Assembly: GCF_900289195.1 (NCBI RefSeq)
Contig: NZ_OMOH01000013.1
Location: forward strand, 23,969-55,269
Length of the DNA: 31,301 nucleotides
Direction: 5' to 3'
DNA from: Propionibacterium ruminifibrarum
GTDB taxonomy: Bacteria; Actinomycetota; Actinomycetes; Propionibacteriales; Propionibacteriaceae
The position numbers and the translations under genes were made by a program. Shown here one piece after another: positions 1 through 8,415 of this stretch. Positions within the stretch are counted from its first letter, which is position 1, and each line of letters begins with the position of its first letter. The notes below the pieces were generated by a model. That model saw only the letters and a list, made by a program, of their open reading frames with translations, made no database searches and had not been told where the DNA came from.

Positions 1-253
1 ATTTCCCCATCTATTCAGATGGGGCTCCATTGAGACAGTGGCATGTCCCCACGGTTGCGTCTGACGGGTGCGTATTTCCCCATCTATTCAGATGGGGCTC
101 CATTGAGACTCGTCGATGCGCATGGTGACGTCCCAGCCCTGCTCGCATTTCCCCATCTATTCAGATGGGGCTCCATTGAGACTTCAGCTCGTACCACGTC
201 ATCGACTGGTGCTCCTGATTTCCCCATCTACTCAGATGGGGCTCCATTGAGAT
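1..253 (+). CRISPR. CRISPR array fragment, truncated by the left window edge: four 36-bp repeats and three spacers (37, 37 and 35 bp)
   Basis: The repeat ATTTCCCCATCTATTCAGATGGGGCTCCATTGAGAC is exact at 1-36, 74-109 and 147-182. The fourth copy at 218-253 has two substitutions (T>C at 231, C>T at 253), as expected for a degenerate trailer-end repeat. The repeat contains the palindrome CCCCATCT/AGATGGGG. Its 3' end, ATTGAGAC, resembles the 8-nt 5' handle (ATTGAAAC/ATTGCGAC type) of type III/I crRNAs, which supports plus-strand transcription. Spacers lie at 37-73, 110-146 and 183-217. Confidence 0.95.
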
Positions 254-296
254 TTCGGGTTCGCCTTACGTTTTCTGCTTTTAATCTGGTTAAATG

Positions 297-340
297 AATA
301 ACGGTGGGGCTACATCATATGATGTAGCCCCACCGTTATT
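297..340. terminator. Perfect 22-bp-arm inverted repeat between the array and the cas operon; candidate bidirectional terminator
   Basis: AATAACGGTGGGGCTACATCAT (297-318) is the exact reverse complement of ATGATGTAGCCCCACCGTTATT (319-340). The flanks are A/T-rich (TTAAATG upstream, CAGTATGCTTATG downstream). It sits between the last repeat (253) and the stop of the convergent minus-strand gene (354). Confidence 0.6.
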
Positions 341-353
341 CAGTATGCTTATG

Positions 354-2550
354 CTAGTGAGAGTTGTGTCTGCGGCGCTGTTTATTTGGCCTGGGGATGA
401 TAATCGGCGTCGGAGTGTTAGCGGCCAAGTCGACGGGCGACAGGCCTCGCTTGTCTTTCGGCTTGCCAGTTTTTGAGTCGCTCTTGTTGTTCTCCTTGTT
501 CTCATCAAGGGTCATATAGCGAACCTCGGTGCCATCGCTGTAGCCGAACGCGGCACGTTGCAAGGCCTTCACCCAAGGAGTCTTCGGGAGGTTGTTGCCG
601 TTCGGTAAAGAGAATTCCGCGATCTCGGCTGGTGATGTCACGCTGCCAAGACAGCCATTCAAATTCACATAGTCGCTTGCGAGCTCTTCATTTTTAACTG
701 CACGTAGACCATTCTTGGCAATTCTTGTCTCCACAACGCCAAGACCAAATGGCTTACCCATCCCCATGCGCAAGAAACCGATGGCGCGTGGATCCTTTTG
801 TTTCTCGCTCGCTGGCACCAAGTTTTCCGGGGTCAGCAGCCAAATCAGTGCGCCAAGCTCCTCTCTGCTCAGATTGGTGAATCTCATCGTACAGCGCAAT
901 ACGCTGCCCACCTCCACCCCACGACCGCGCCGTCACTCGTACGGCCTCATTGCTATGGTCCAGGCCGGCTGATTGGGTAGAAGTGATTCCTTCCCTTGGA
1001 AAGCCTTTACGGTCCAGTAATTTTCGATGCACCGGATAGGCGGCGGCTCCGAGAGAATGATTCGCTGAAAAGAACTCGTTCCGCGCGAGCTCGGAATCGT
1101 CGTTCCTTGGTGTTTCGCCAGAACGGCTCATCGTGAGGAAACGGCGAGCCGAACTCGGCTTTGGGGACAGTAACGGTGCGAGCCGCATCGGGGGCGTCTT
1201 GTTATCGTCGGGGGCAGGGGTATCGACTTTATCGAAGGAGAGATGTCCTCGTGAGGCGACGTCCCCGCCAGTAGCACCCGCGCCAGCTTCGGGCACGACA
1301 TAGCCGAAAACCCTGTCAGCAGCCGACGCCTCAACCTTTTTTGCTACGGGTAGGACATTCTGGGCGGCGGCCAGCTCTCGAGGGGACTTGCTGTAAGGAC
1401 GGCGGCCGACCATTGTCGGGAAGACGTCCACGACCTGCGCGATGCCTGGAGACATTGGTTTGTCAGGGTCGATTGCGTCAGACAACTGGACGAAGACGAG
1501 ATCGCCTTCACTCATGTAGTCTGAAACGGATGCGGCTCGGTTGAGCACATGCTTGTCACCGCCCGGTTGTTCTCTCTGCTCGCGGTACGTGCGAAGGACC
1601 TCGGCATACCCGTCTACATGGCTGGCGCTGAGAGGAAGAATGCTCCCGGTGAGAGGCTCCCCGTTCGTGTCCGCCTTGAAGAAGAAACGTTCATAGATCT
1701 TCTCATCGTACAGTTCACGTGAGGTCTTGCCGTCTGGGCTCGTCCGGCACGGGTATCCCCACACGTCGAGAGTCCGCACGCTGTTCGCGCCAGTGATGGT
1801 GAAGAAGTTCTCGAGGTCCTCACCGTTCCACACGCCTGTGACCATGAGGTGCCTGCCAGATTTTCCCTTCTGCCATTCTGTGAGGCGGACCCTTGTCCAT
1901 TGCCCGTGAGGGGTCAGGCTGCGGAATCTCTGGAGAACTTGATTCTGGGTGATGACATTGCCGGGGCCGGTCGAGATCTCGGGATGGTTGTCGCGGACGA
2001 TGTCACCATGTCCCTTCCTCGCGTCATCGCGGATCAGGGCGCTGCGGAACTGACTGTTTTTGCCGTCAAGGATCTCCACAGCCAAGTTTCCGTCAGTGGT
2101 CGTGCAGATGCGGCCGGGGAAGAGGTTGTTGGCTGCTGCGGGATCAGCCCGGTAGGTCAGCCGCTGGGAGTGGTCGTTCTTGCTCCCCCGGAGTCCGGAC
2201 GTGTTCTCGACGGCGCCGAAGACGCGGAACCGCGAGCAGGTGAGGATCTCGAAGGCCCGCGAGATCATGCCCTTGACCATCGTCGGCGGGACCACGAGCT
2301 TGTCGTCGTCCACCATCGGGAGACTGATCTCGCCATCCTCCTGCTCCCCGAAGACCAGGGGCGTGCGGACAGTCATCTCCAGGTCGATCGATCCCGACCA
2401 GCGATCGGCGGCCAGGTGGTCGTGGCCGGTGGCCGGGCCATCGCTGAAGAGATCCTTCGGCAACAGATCCTTGCCCGCCATCTGCTGACTCGGTTGGCGC
2501 AGCACGGGAATCCTGTTGACCGCCGAGTGGAACGGTTTGAACTCACCCAT
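354..2550 (-). pseudogene. Large type III RAMP-family protein (TIGR03986/Csx10-like by motif), split by a +1 frame change near 905-932. About 731 aa if the frame is repaired.
   Basis: ORF 754-2550 begins with RAMP-type motifs (SGSIDLEMTVRTPLVFG, VVPPTMVKGMISRAFE). Its last ~55 aa read as low-quality sequence. ORF 354-917, in the adjacent frame, carries the expected RAMP C-terminus (RFTNLSREELGALIWLL ... GMGKPFGLGVVE, a G-rich loop). The downstream frame has a stop at 933-935, so the switch must lie in the G/C run at about 905-932. The ATG at 2550 lies 1 nt after the stop of the upstream gene (TGAGATG). Confidence 0.7.
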
Positions 2551-2551
2551 C

Positions 2552-3073
2552 TCAGGCCCACCTTCCCGTCATCAGCTCGTCGGTGAAGACGACATTGCCG
2601 TAGTCTTCCTCCTGCACGAACACCTCGACGCTCGTCATCCTCGGTTTCTTGTCCAGATCCGCTATGTCGCTGTGCTGCAGATAACTGTTGGTGCGGAACC
2701 AGCAGTTCTGGTCGGCTGCCGGGGCTTGTTCGTGCACGGAGATCTCCGCCGAGCCCGAGCCGTTGAGCCACCTCAGTTCACGGGCCTTCGCCCCGTCAAG
2801 CGCCTGCTGTCCCACGGCCCACAGCCGCAGCTCGTAGACGGTGCCCAGTGGTACCTCGTGGTCGGCCCCATCCAGCCTGGTCATCAGGGCCCCGGCAGAG
2901 GCCGCACGCACGGAGCGGGCCCCGGCCGTCGTATAGGCGATGCCCTGCCACTGTGGCGCGTTGCCGGTGAGTCGCGCCAAGGCCTCGCCCAGCGAGTCCT
3001 CGGTGAAGGGCGTGGAGGCCAGATGGCCCTCCTCCAGCAGGACCGGTTCGGCTTTCTCGGTGCTGGACATCAT
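2552..3073 (-). CDS. Small type III-associated subunit, 173 aa. It could be Csx19- or Cas11-like, but the family was not recognised.
   Basis: It starts at the ATGATG at 3073/3070 and overlaps the stop of the upstream gene (ATGA coupling). It sits between RAMP genes inside the operon. The longer track ORF (to 3487) is Arg/Gly-rich shadow sequence that overlaps the upstream gene. Confidence 0.65.
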   Translation of the reverse strand: MMSSTEKAEPVLLEEGHLASTPFTEDSLGEALARLTGNAPQWQGIAYTTAGARSVRAASAGALMTRLDGADHEVPLGTVYELRLWAVGQQALDGAKARELRWLNGSGSAEISVHEQAPAADQNCWFRTNSYLQHSDIADLDKKPRMTSVEVFVQEEDYGNVVFTDELMTGRWA

Positions 3074-4689
3074 GCGTCTTCCCCCTCGACGAGATAGGAC
3101 GACCAGCCGGTCCAGCCGTCGTCGCCGGCGGCCGGGTTCGGCTCGATCTGGACTTGCCTCAGCCGGGCCAGGATCTGCTCCGGCAGGGGCTCGGAGCCCT
3201 CGTCGTGAAGATCCCAGGGCTCTCCGACGATCCCCGTCCCGCCCTCGACACGGATCCGGGTGACCCGCACCTGCCCCAGGCCCCGCGTGCCACGACTGCC
3301 CAGCGGCAGGGTGCCCGCCGCGAGTTCGGCCAGCGTCAGACCCAGCAGGCACCATGCGGCCCTGCGACGGTTCAGGTCGGCTTCCTCTGGGAGCATGCCC
3401 GGATCCAGTTCGAGGTCGATGCTGTTCCAGTCGACGTCGTGCACCTCCTCGCTGTACAGGGCGCCCTCGGCGGCACCGCCGGTCCACCGGTCCCCGGCAT
3501 TGTGCGTGATCCTCCGTCCGGAAACGTGACCGGTGGCGAGGGTGTCGAGGACGGTGAGGGCGCCGCGGTGCTCGGTGCTGCCGAACAGGTCGCGCACGAG
3601 CACGGGATCATTGGCCAGCTGATCATGGACGCCGGTCTCGGACCAGTCGTGCTGGTCACCCAGCATGTCCCGGGCGGCGAGCACCGTGCGGGCGATCCGT
3701 GAGGCCCTGGACCGCAGCGCCCCGCGCACCGAGCTGCCGGGCAGCACCAGCGGATCGTTCTTGCCGGGGCCGCAGCGCAGCGGCCTGGTCGGCTCGGTCT
3801 CATTCGAGGACGGCTCCCCGTCCGCTGGTTCCCGGTCGGCTTCCTCGGCGGGCTCATTGGCCTTCTTCTCGCGAGGCTCGGCGACGAGGATCCCGCTCGG
3901 GCTGTCCCAGCCGATACTGATCCGCGCCCGCTCGTCACCCGAGCAGTCCGCGGGCCTGATGCGTTCGGTGATGTTCTGCCCGCCTGCCAGCCACGTCAAG
4001 AGCCCCTCACGCGAGCCGAGCTCGCTCCTGGTCAGCAGCCATGCCTCGTCGCCGTCGAGCTCGACGCGGCCCCAGCCGGCGTTGCGGCGCCCACCGAAAC
4101 CAACGCGCCCGGCCTTGAAAAGGCCCAGGATGAGACCGAACAACTGCTCGACCTGCTCAGGGCTCGCCCCCTGCTGCGGGGCACCGCCCCCGACGGGCGA
4201 CACCCCATCGGACGTGCCGGCCTGTGCGGTGATCGTGAGTGTGAGACTCCTGCCGGCCGGCACGTACTCGTGGGCGAAGAGCGCCGTGTCCCCGGCGGTG
4301 CCCCAGTACCGGTCGACGGCGATACCGGTGCGCCGTGCGAGCGGGCTCCGGCCCTCGTCGCCCTCGGTGCCCGCCGGATCCGTGAGGACCGCGGTCTTGT
4401 CGAGCTCGATGGCGTGGAAGGTCAGGGCAGCGGCGCGGTCCTGGTTCCCCCACAACAGCCCGAGGCCCCCGATCCGGTCACCGGCGAGTCGCTCGCAGGC
4501 CGCCCGCAGGGCGCCCTTGACCGATCGGCCCGTGATGACCGGGTTCCCGTGCCCGTCACGGGCGAAACACCGGGGTTCCGCCTCCCGGTCGGATCCGCTG
4601 CGGGAACGATCCACCGGCACGTCGACGCCGCCCGAGTGCAGCGGCGAACGGGTCACCAGGTGAACGGTCAACTCGTAGCGTGTCCTCAT
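3070..4689 (-). CDS. cas7: Cas7-Cas7 (Csm3/Cmr4-type RAMP) fusion protein, 539 aa
   Basis: Two RAMP cores are present: LVTRSPLHSGG ... PVITGRSVKGALRAACERL ... LWGNQDRAAALTFHAIEL, and PLVLPGSSVRGALRSRASRI ... LFGSTEHRGALTVLD. G-rich loops are present (GFGGRRNAGWGRV, GSRGTRGLGQV). The start overlaps the upstream stop (ATGA at 4686-4689). Confidence 0.8.
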   Translation of the reverse strand: MRTRYELTVHLVTRSPLHSGGVDVPVDRSRSGSDREAEPRCFARDGHGNPVITGRSVKGALRAACERLAGDRIGGLGLLWGNQDRAAALTFHAIELDKTAVLTDPAGTEGDEGRSPLARRTGIAVDRYWGTAGDTALFAHEYVPAGRSLTLTITAQAGTSDGVSPVGGGAPQQGASPEQVEQLFGLILGLFKAGRVGFGGRRNAGWGRVELDGDEAWLLTRSELGSREGLLTWLAGGQNITERIRPADCSGDERARISIGWDSPSGILVAEPREKKANEPAEEADREPADGEPSSNETEPTRPLRCGPGKNDPLVLPGSSVRGALRSRASRIARTVLAARDMLGDQHDWSETGVHDQLANDPVLVRDLFGSTEHRGALTVLDTLATGHVSGRRITHNAGDRWTGGAAEGALYSEEVHDVDWNSIDLELDPGMLPEEADLNRRRAAWCLLGLTLAELAAGTLPLGSRGTRGLGQVRVTRIRVEGGTGIVGEPWDLHDEGSEPLPEQILARLRQVQIEPNPAAGDDGWTGWSSYLVEGEDA

Positions 4690-6641
4690 CGCAGGCCTCC
4701 TTCAGCCGTCGGGCCGGCCTTCTGGTCGTTGCCGTCACCGCTCAGAAGGTGCTGCTGGGAAAGCCGGGTCAGGCCGAAGTCCTGCCGGCCCAGCAGCTCG
4801 TGCCCGAGGACGAATCGACCGAAACCCTGCGCTGTCAACTCCCCGAAACCGGTCACCGAGAGCCGGGCCAGCGCGGCAATCACCGCGCCGGGGTCAGCGC
4901 CGGGAACCGGCTGCACCCGCAGCACGGAACCGGCCCGGGCCGCCACGCGAGTTGCGCGCGGCTGCTGGTCGGCGGCGGACCAGGAGTCCACGCGGCGGTG
5001 CCGCACCCCGGCGGCGAGCGCGCCCTCGGCCCTGGCGAGTTCCACGTCGGCGCCCCCGCGGCCAAGGGCGGCGAGCAGATCGGACACGGTGCCGCCCGGC
5101 CCGAGGGCCCCGGATCTGGCGAGGACGTCAGAGGTGAACCACAGCGTCGTCGCGCCGTCCCCGTCCCAGGCCGGCCGGTCAGGACGGGCCGGGACGAAGT
5201 CTCCCGCCCGGCACTCCACGCGGCCGTAGGAGCCGCCCATCCGCCGGGAGCCCAGCCGGGCCGTCACCGGCTCACCGGCGGGGAACGCCTCGTGCAGGCG
5301 TTCGCCGAGGTGCTCGTGCAGCCGCTGCGACACGAGGACGGACGCCCCCATCCGCAGCCCGGCGGGCAGCGCCCGCACCAGGAACAACCGGCCCTGGCTC
5401 GCGGCGCCGGTGGCCGGGTCGTGGGCCGTGGACTGGCGCCCCACCAGGGCGGGCGCACCGAGGGACCCGGCCGACGGCATCCCAGCGGGTGCGTCCGCGG
5501 GGACGACGCCGGGGAAGACATAACCCGAACGGACCGGCACCTGCGCCCCGTCCGCGTCCTTGGCCGCGGATGAGGCGCCGAACAGCGGATTGCGCATCGG
5601 CAGGACCGCGGACCCCTGGTCGGGGGTCTTCGGCCTGGTCAGGACGAGCGGTGCCGGCAGGCCCCGCACGCCCTGGGCCATCACGGTGGCGTCGGAGACG
5701 AGCAGGTCACCGGCGACGACGGCGTCGCGCACCATCTCATCATCGGGGAAGGCCCGCCGCAGCCGGCGGTGCACCCAGGGCAGGAGCACCGTGCCGCGCA
5801 GGAAGTCCAGGGAGCGCACCTCGTTGGACAGCGGCACCTCGTAGGAGACCACCGGGGTGAGGAGCCTCAACACCAGGTCTGCCCCGACGAAGCCCGGATC
5901 ACCCGCCGCAGTGACACGGCTTGGGGTGAGGAGCGGGGCGGTGAACCCCCGGTCAGCGGCGGTCGGCGGGGTGGGTGCGGGCCCCGTCCACTCCTTGAGC
6001 CTGGTGCGGCACCACTCCCTGGCCTGCGGGGCGTCAACGGCGTCCCTGATGAGTACGTCGCACAGGCCGTCCCCGTCGGAGCGGTTGGAGCCGATACCGC
6101 GCACCAGGAGCCCCGACAGCGCCAGGATGAGCTCGGCGCCCTCCCGCTGGTCGGCCTCCCAGGTGAGGGGGCGTCCACGCAGATCGGTTTGCGACAGGCT
6201 CACCCGGCCGCGGAGGGTGCAGGCGGCCGCCCGCTCGAAGAAGCGCAGGAAATCGTTCTTGGCGGTGCCCGTGGTCTCGTCGATCGACAGCGAGACCACC
6301 TCGTGCACGGCGACGTCCGGGTCGTCGTCGGGGACGGTCGCGTCGGTGAAGCTCACCAGCCGCGGCGACTCGGGCGTGCCGAAGAGGGCGGTGGTGAAGT
6401 CGTGCCATGGGCCACGAGGGGCCTCGTCCAGGGCGCGGGCCGCGGTGGCGGCCTGCTCGCGCACCACGCCCGCCAGGACCGTGCCACGCACCACCGGCCG
6501 GCCGTTCGCGTCCTTCTCAACGACGGAATTCACCCCGCCGGCGATGCCGGTGCCCGTGCCCACACCCCAGTCGGAGCGGAAGACGACGGTGACGGGGAAC
6601 TCCAGTGCCCCTGGCTGCGGGGGCGCTGACGTACGGCTCAT
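4686..6641 (-). CDS. Multi-RAMP fusion protein, 651 aa. The N-terminus is Cas7-like, followed by at least one more RAMP domain (possibly Cas7/Cas5-like).
   Basis: N-terminal motifs: FPVTVVFRSDWGVGTG ... GRPVVRGTVLAGVVRE ... LFGTPESPRLVSFTDA ... GIGSNRSDGDG. Second module: LVLRLLTPVVSYEV ... FLRGTVLLPWVHRRL. The C-terminus has the G-rich loop TGFGELTAQGFGRFVLG. The start overlaps the cas10 stop (ATGA at 6638-6641). Confidence 0.75.
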   Translation of the reverse strand: MSRTSAPPQPGALEFPVTVVFRSDWGVGTGTGIAGGVNSVVEKDANGRPVVRGTVLAGVVREQAATAARALDEAPRGPWHDFTTALFGTPESPRLVSFTDATVPDDDPDVAVHEVVSLSIDETTGTAKNDFLRFFERAAACTLRGRVSLSQTDLRGRPLTWEADQREGAELILALSGLLVRGIGSNRSDGDGLCDVLIRDAVDAPQAREWCRTRLKEWTGPAPTPPTAADRGFTAPLLTPSRVTAAGDPGFVGADLVLRLLTPVVSYEVPLSNEVRSLDFLRGTVLLPWVHRRLRRAFPDDEMVRDAVVAGDLLVSDATVMAQGVRGLPAPLVLTRPKTPDQGSAVLPMRNPLFGASSAAKDADGAQVPVRSGYVFPGVVPADAPAGMPSAGSLGAPALVGRQSTAHDPATGAASQGRLFLVRALPAGLRMGASVLVSQRLHEHLGERLHEAFPAGEPVTARLGSRRMGGSYGRVECRAGDFVPARPDRPAWDGDGATTLWFTSDVLARSGALGPGGTVSDLLAALGRGGADVELARAEGALAAGVRHRRVDSWSAADQQPRATRVAARAGSVLRVQPVPGADPGAVIAALARLSVTGFGELTAQGFGRFVLGHELLGRQDFGLTRLSQQHLLSGDGNDQKAGPTAEGGLR

Positions 6642-8398
6642 GCCCGGCCCTCCTCAACGGTCGAGTGATCCGCGGCCGATGGCTTCCTGGCCCCGGAAGG
6701 AGGCGGGGACGCCGTGCCCAGCGGGTCGTCCAGGTACGAGGCGGGGAGCAGATCGGTCAGATCCATGAGGTCGAACATGGCCCGTTTTCCGCCGAGCCGC
6801 TTCGCATCCGGGAAATGGTCCTCGGCATCTCGCCACTCGTCCTCGGCCTGTTCCAGCAGCCGGTCGTGTTCCGCGGTGTTCCCGGCGAGTTCGGCTTGGG
6901 CGGCGTTGGACATCATCGCGCGGATGCGCGCGGCCCGGGTGCGGGGGAAGCCGTCCTGCCGGTCGTCATCGTTCTGCGAGATCGCGCCCGCGAAGAGGCG
7001 AACCTGCTCACAGACCTCCGGCCAGGCGGCATGCCCGGCGAGACCCTGCGACGAGCCGGCGGTGTCGGATCGCAAGACGAAGGGCCGGTTGCTGAGCCGC
7101 CCGTAGGCGGCGAGCAGTTCCTCGGGGTCGAGCACCGTGGTGTCGAGCAGCACGTGGTAGGTCAGTGTCGAGACCGATGGGGAAGCGGTCTTGCCGACCT
7201 CCTTGGCCTCGTCGACGAGGCGTTCGGCCAGGTCGTAGGCGAGGTGGAAGGGGAATTTGAATCGGACCACGGCTGCACCGGCGGCCGCCGTCATCGGCCC
7301 GGTCTGGCCGTCGGGGTGGTCCCCGAGGTGCCTGAGCAGGGGGTCGGCGGCAGTGGCCTGCTCGTAGTGACGCAGATAGGCGGCGGCGAACGGCAGGGCG
7401 TAGTCGCCGCTCGTGATGACGGTGACGTCATCACCGCCGAGCAGCACGGGCACGACGGGGATGACCTTGTACTCCCTGCCAGCCGTGACGGCGTCCTTCT
7501 CGGCCCAGCCGGCGACATCGCGCCAGGCCAGCCGGCAGGCCTGGCGCACGGCGCGGTCCAGGTTCTCGTTGACGGCGAGGGTGAACTTCCGAAGGGCGTC
7601 GGCGTCATCGGGTGTGCACTTGACGGCCTGCGTGAACTCCTCGCAGGGGACGCGGCGCATGGCGGCGGCGAGATCACGCATGATCGCCCCGACGCCGTTG
7701 CCGTCGATGTGGACGATGGCGACCTTCGACAGGCCGCCCTGGGAGTCGTCCTCGTTGTCGGGCTGGAGCATCCGCTCCAGCCTGGTCGGGTCGCGGGCGA
7801 GTTTCTCGTCCGCCCCCGTGGGGGCCAGGTCTTTGAGCAGCTTCGAACGCGCCGCGTGCACGGGGAGCCTCTTGTGACGTGAGGGCAGCGAGTAGGGCTC
7901 CTTCCTGTCCTCGTGGGGCTCGTCGTCCTGGTCCAGCGGGGGAGCGGCCGGCAGGGCCGAGTCGCTGGCCCCGGCAAGGAAGGGCATCCGGGCGAACCGG
8001 CCGTCGGCGGGAGGCCGCCGCAGGGCGTACTCGGCGGCGGCCTCGTTGAGGGCCCGCAGGTCGCCCGCCCCGAAGTACTCAGAACCCGTCTTCACGTAGA
8101 CGCCACTGACGTCCATTCCCGGCGCCTTGCCGAAGGCCCGCAGCGTGACATCGCGGATGATGTTCCTGGCCTCGGTCTCGTCGTCGACGGTGACGATGAC
8201 CCTGCCCGAGGAACGCGACACCCACTGATGATCATTGGTCTCACACCGATCATCGGTATCCGGCTTCTTCGGGAGGGCACAGGCTACCCAGGACTCGAGA
8301 TCGGTGATCTGGTGCGAGGCGCCGATGCTCTCCCGCAGCCGCGGGGACTCGAAGATGAAGCGCTGCTTGCTGTTGACGTCGAGGAGGACGGCGTACAT
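6638..8398 (-). CDS. cas10: Cas10-like cyclase/palm subunit lacking an HD nuclease domain, 586 aa
   Basis: The N-terminus MYAVLLDVNSKQRFIFESPRLRESIGASHQI is a Cas10 palm-entry motif with no preceding HD domain. Cyclase motifs are present: IVHIDGNGVG and VLLGGDDVTVITSG (GGDD). ATG at 8398 is preceded by GAGG, 17 nt after the upstream stop. The track ORF extension to 8725 overlaps the upstream gene and looks non-coding. Confidence 0.85.
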   Translation of the reverse strand: MYAVLLDVNSKQRFIFESPRLRESIGASHQITDLESWVACALPKKPDTDDRCETNDHQWVSRSSGRVIVTVDDETEARNIIRDVTLRAFGKAPGMDVSGVYVKTGSEYFGAGDLRALNEAAAEYALRRPPADGRFARMPFLAGASDSALPAAPPLDQDDEPHEDRKEPYSLPSRHKRLPVHAARSKLLKDLAPTGADEKLARDPTRLERMLQPDNEDDSQGGLSKVAIVHIDGNGVGAIMRDLAAAMRRVPCEEFTQAVKCTPDDADALRKFTLAVNENLDRAVRQACRLAWRDVAGWAEKDAVTAGREYKVIPVVPVLLGGDDVTVITSGDYALPFAAAYLRHYEQATAADPLLRHLGDHPDGQTGPMTAAAGAAVVRFKFPFHLAYDLAERLVDEAKEVGKTASPSVSTLTYHVLLDTTVLDPEELLAAYGRLSNRPFVLRSDTAGSSQGLAGHAAWPEVCEQVRLFAGAISQNDDDRQDGFPRTRAARIRAMMSNAAQAELAGNTAEHDRLLEQAEDEWRDAEDHFPDAKRLGGKRAMFDLMDLTDLLPASYLDDPLGTASPPPSGARKPSAADHSTVEEGRA

Positions 8399-8415
8399 GG
8401 TTCTCGCCTCGATGC

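Noticed and set aside
37-217. Possible self-targeting of the three visible spacers within this window
   Set aside because: I could not find matches by eye, and a manual scan of 31 kb on both strands is unreliable. It needs a BLASTN-short search of the spacers against the genome and phage/plasmid databases.
43-297. An 84-aa plus-strand ORF with the recurring peptide FPIYSDGAPLR
   Set aside because: It is simply the translation of the CRISPR repeats and spacers. The periodic peptide mirrors the 36-bp repeat.
2552-3487. Long N-terminal extensions in the ORF track: 2552-3487, 6638-8725, 20146-21339, 20747-22915, 10151-11257, 24534-25475, 26907-27938, 28353-29738 and 15972-17996
   Set aside because: The extensions are Arg/Gly/Pro-rich, overlap upstream genes or intergenic DNA, and lack an RBS. 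Internal starts with SD sequences and family-typical N-termini were chosen instead.
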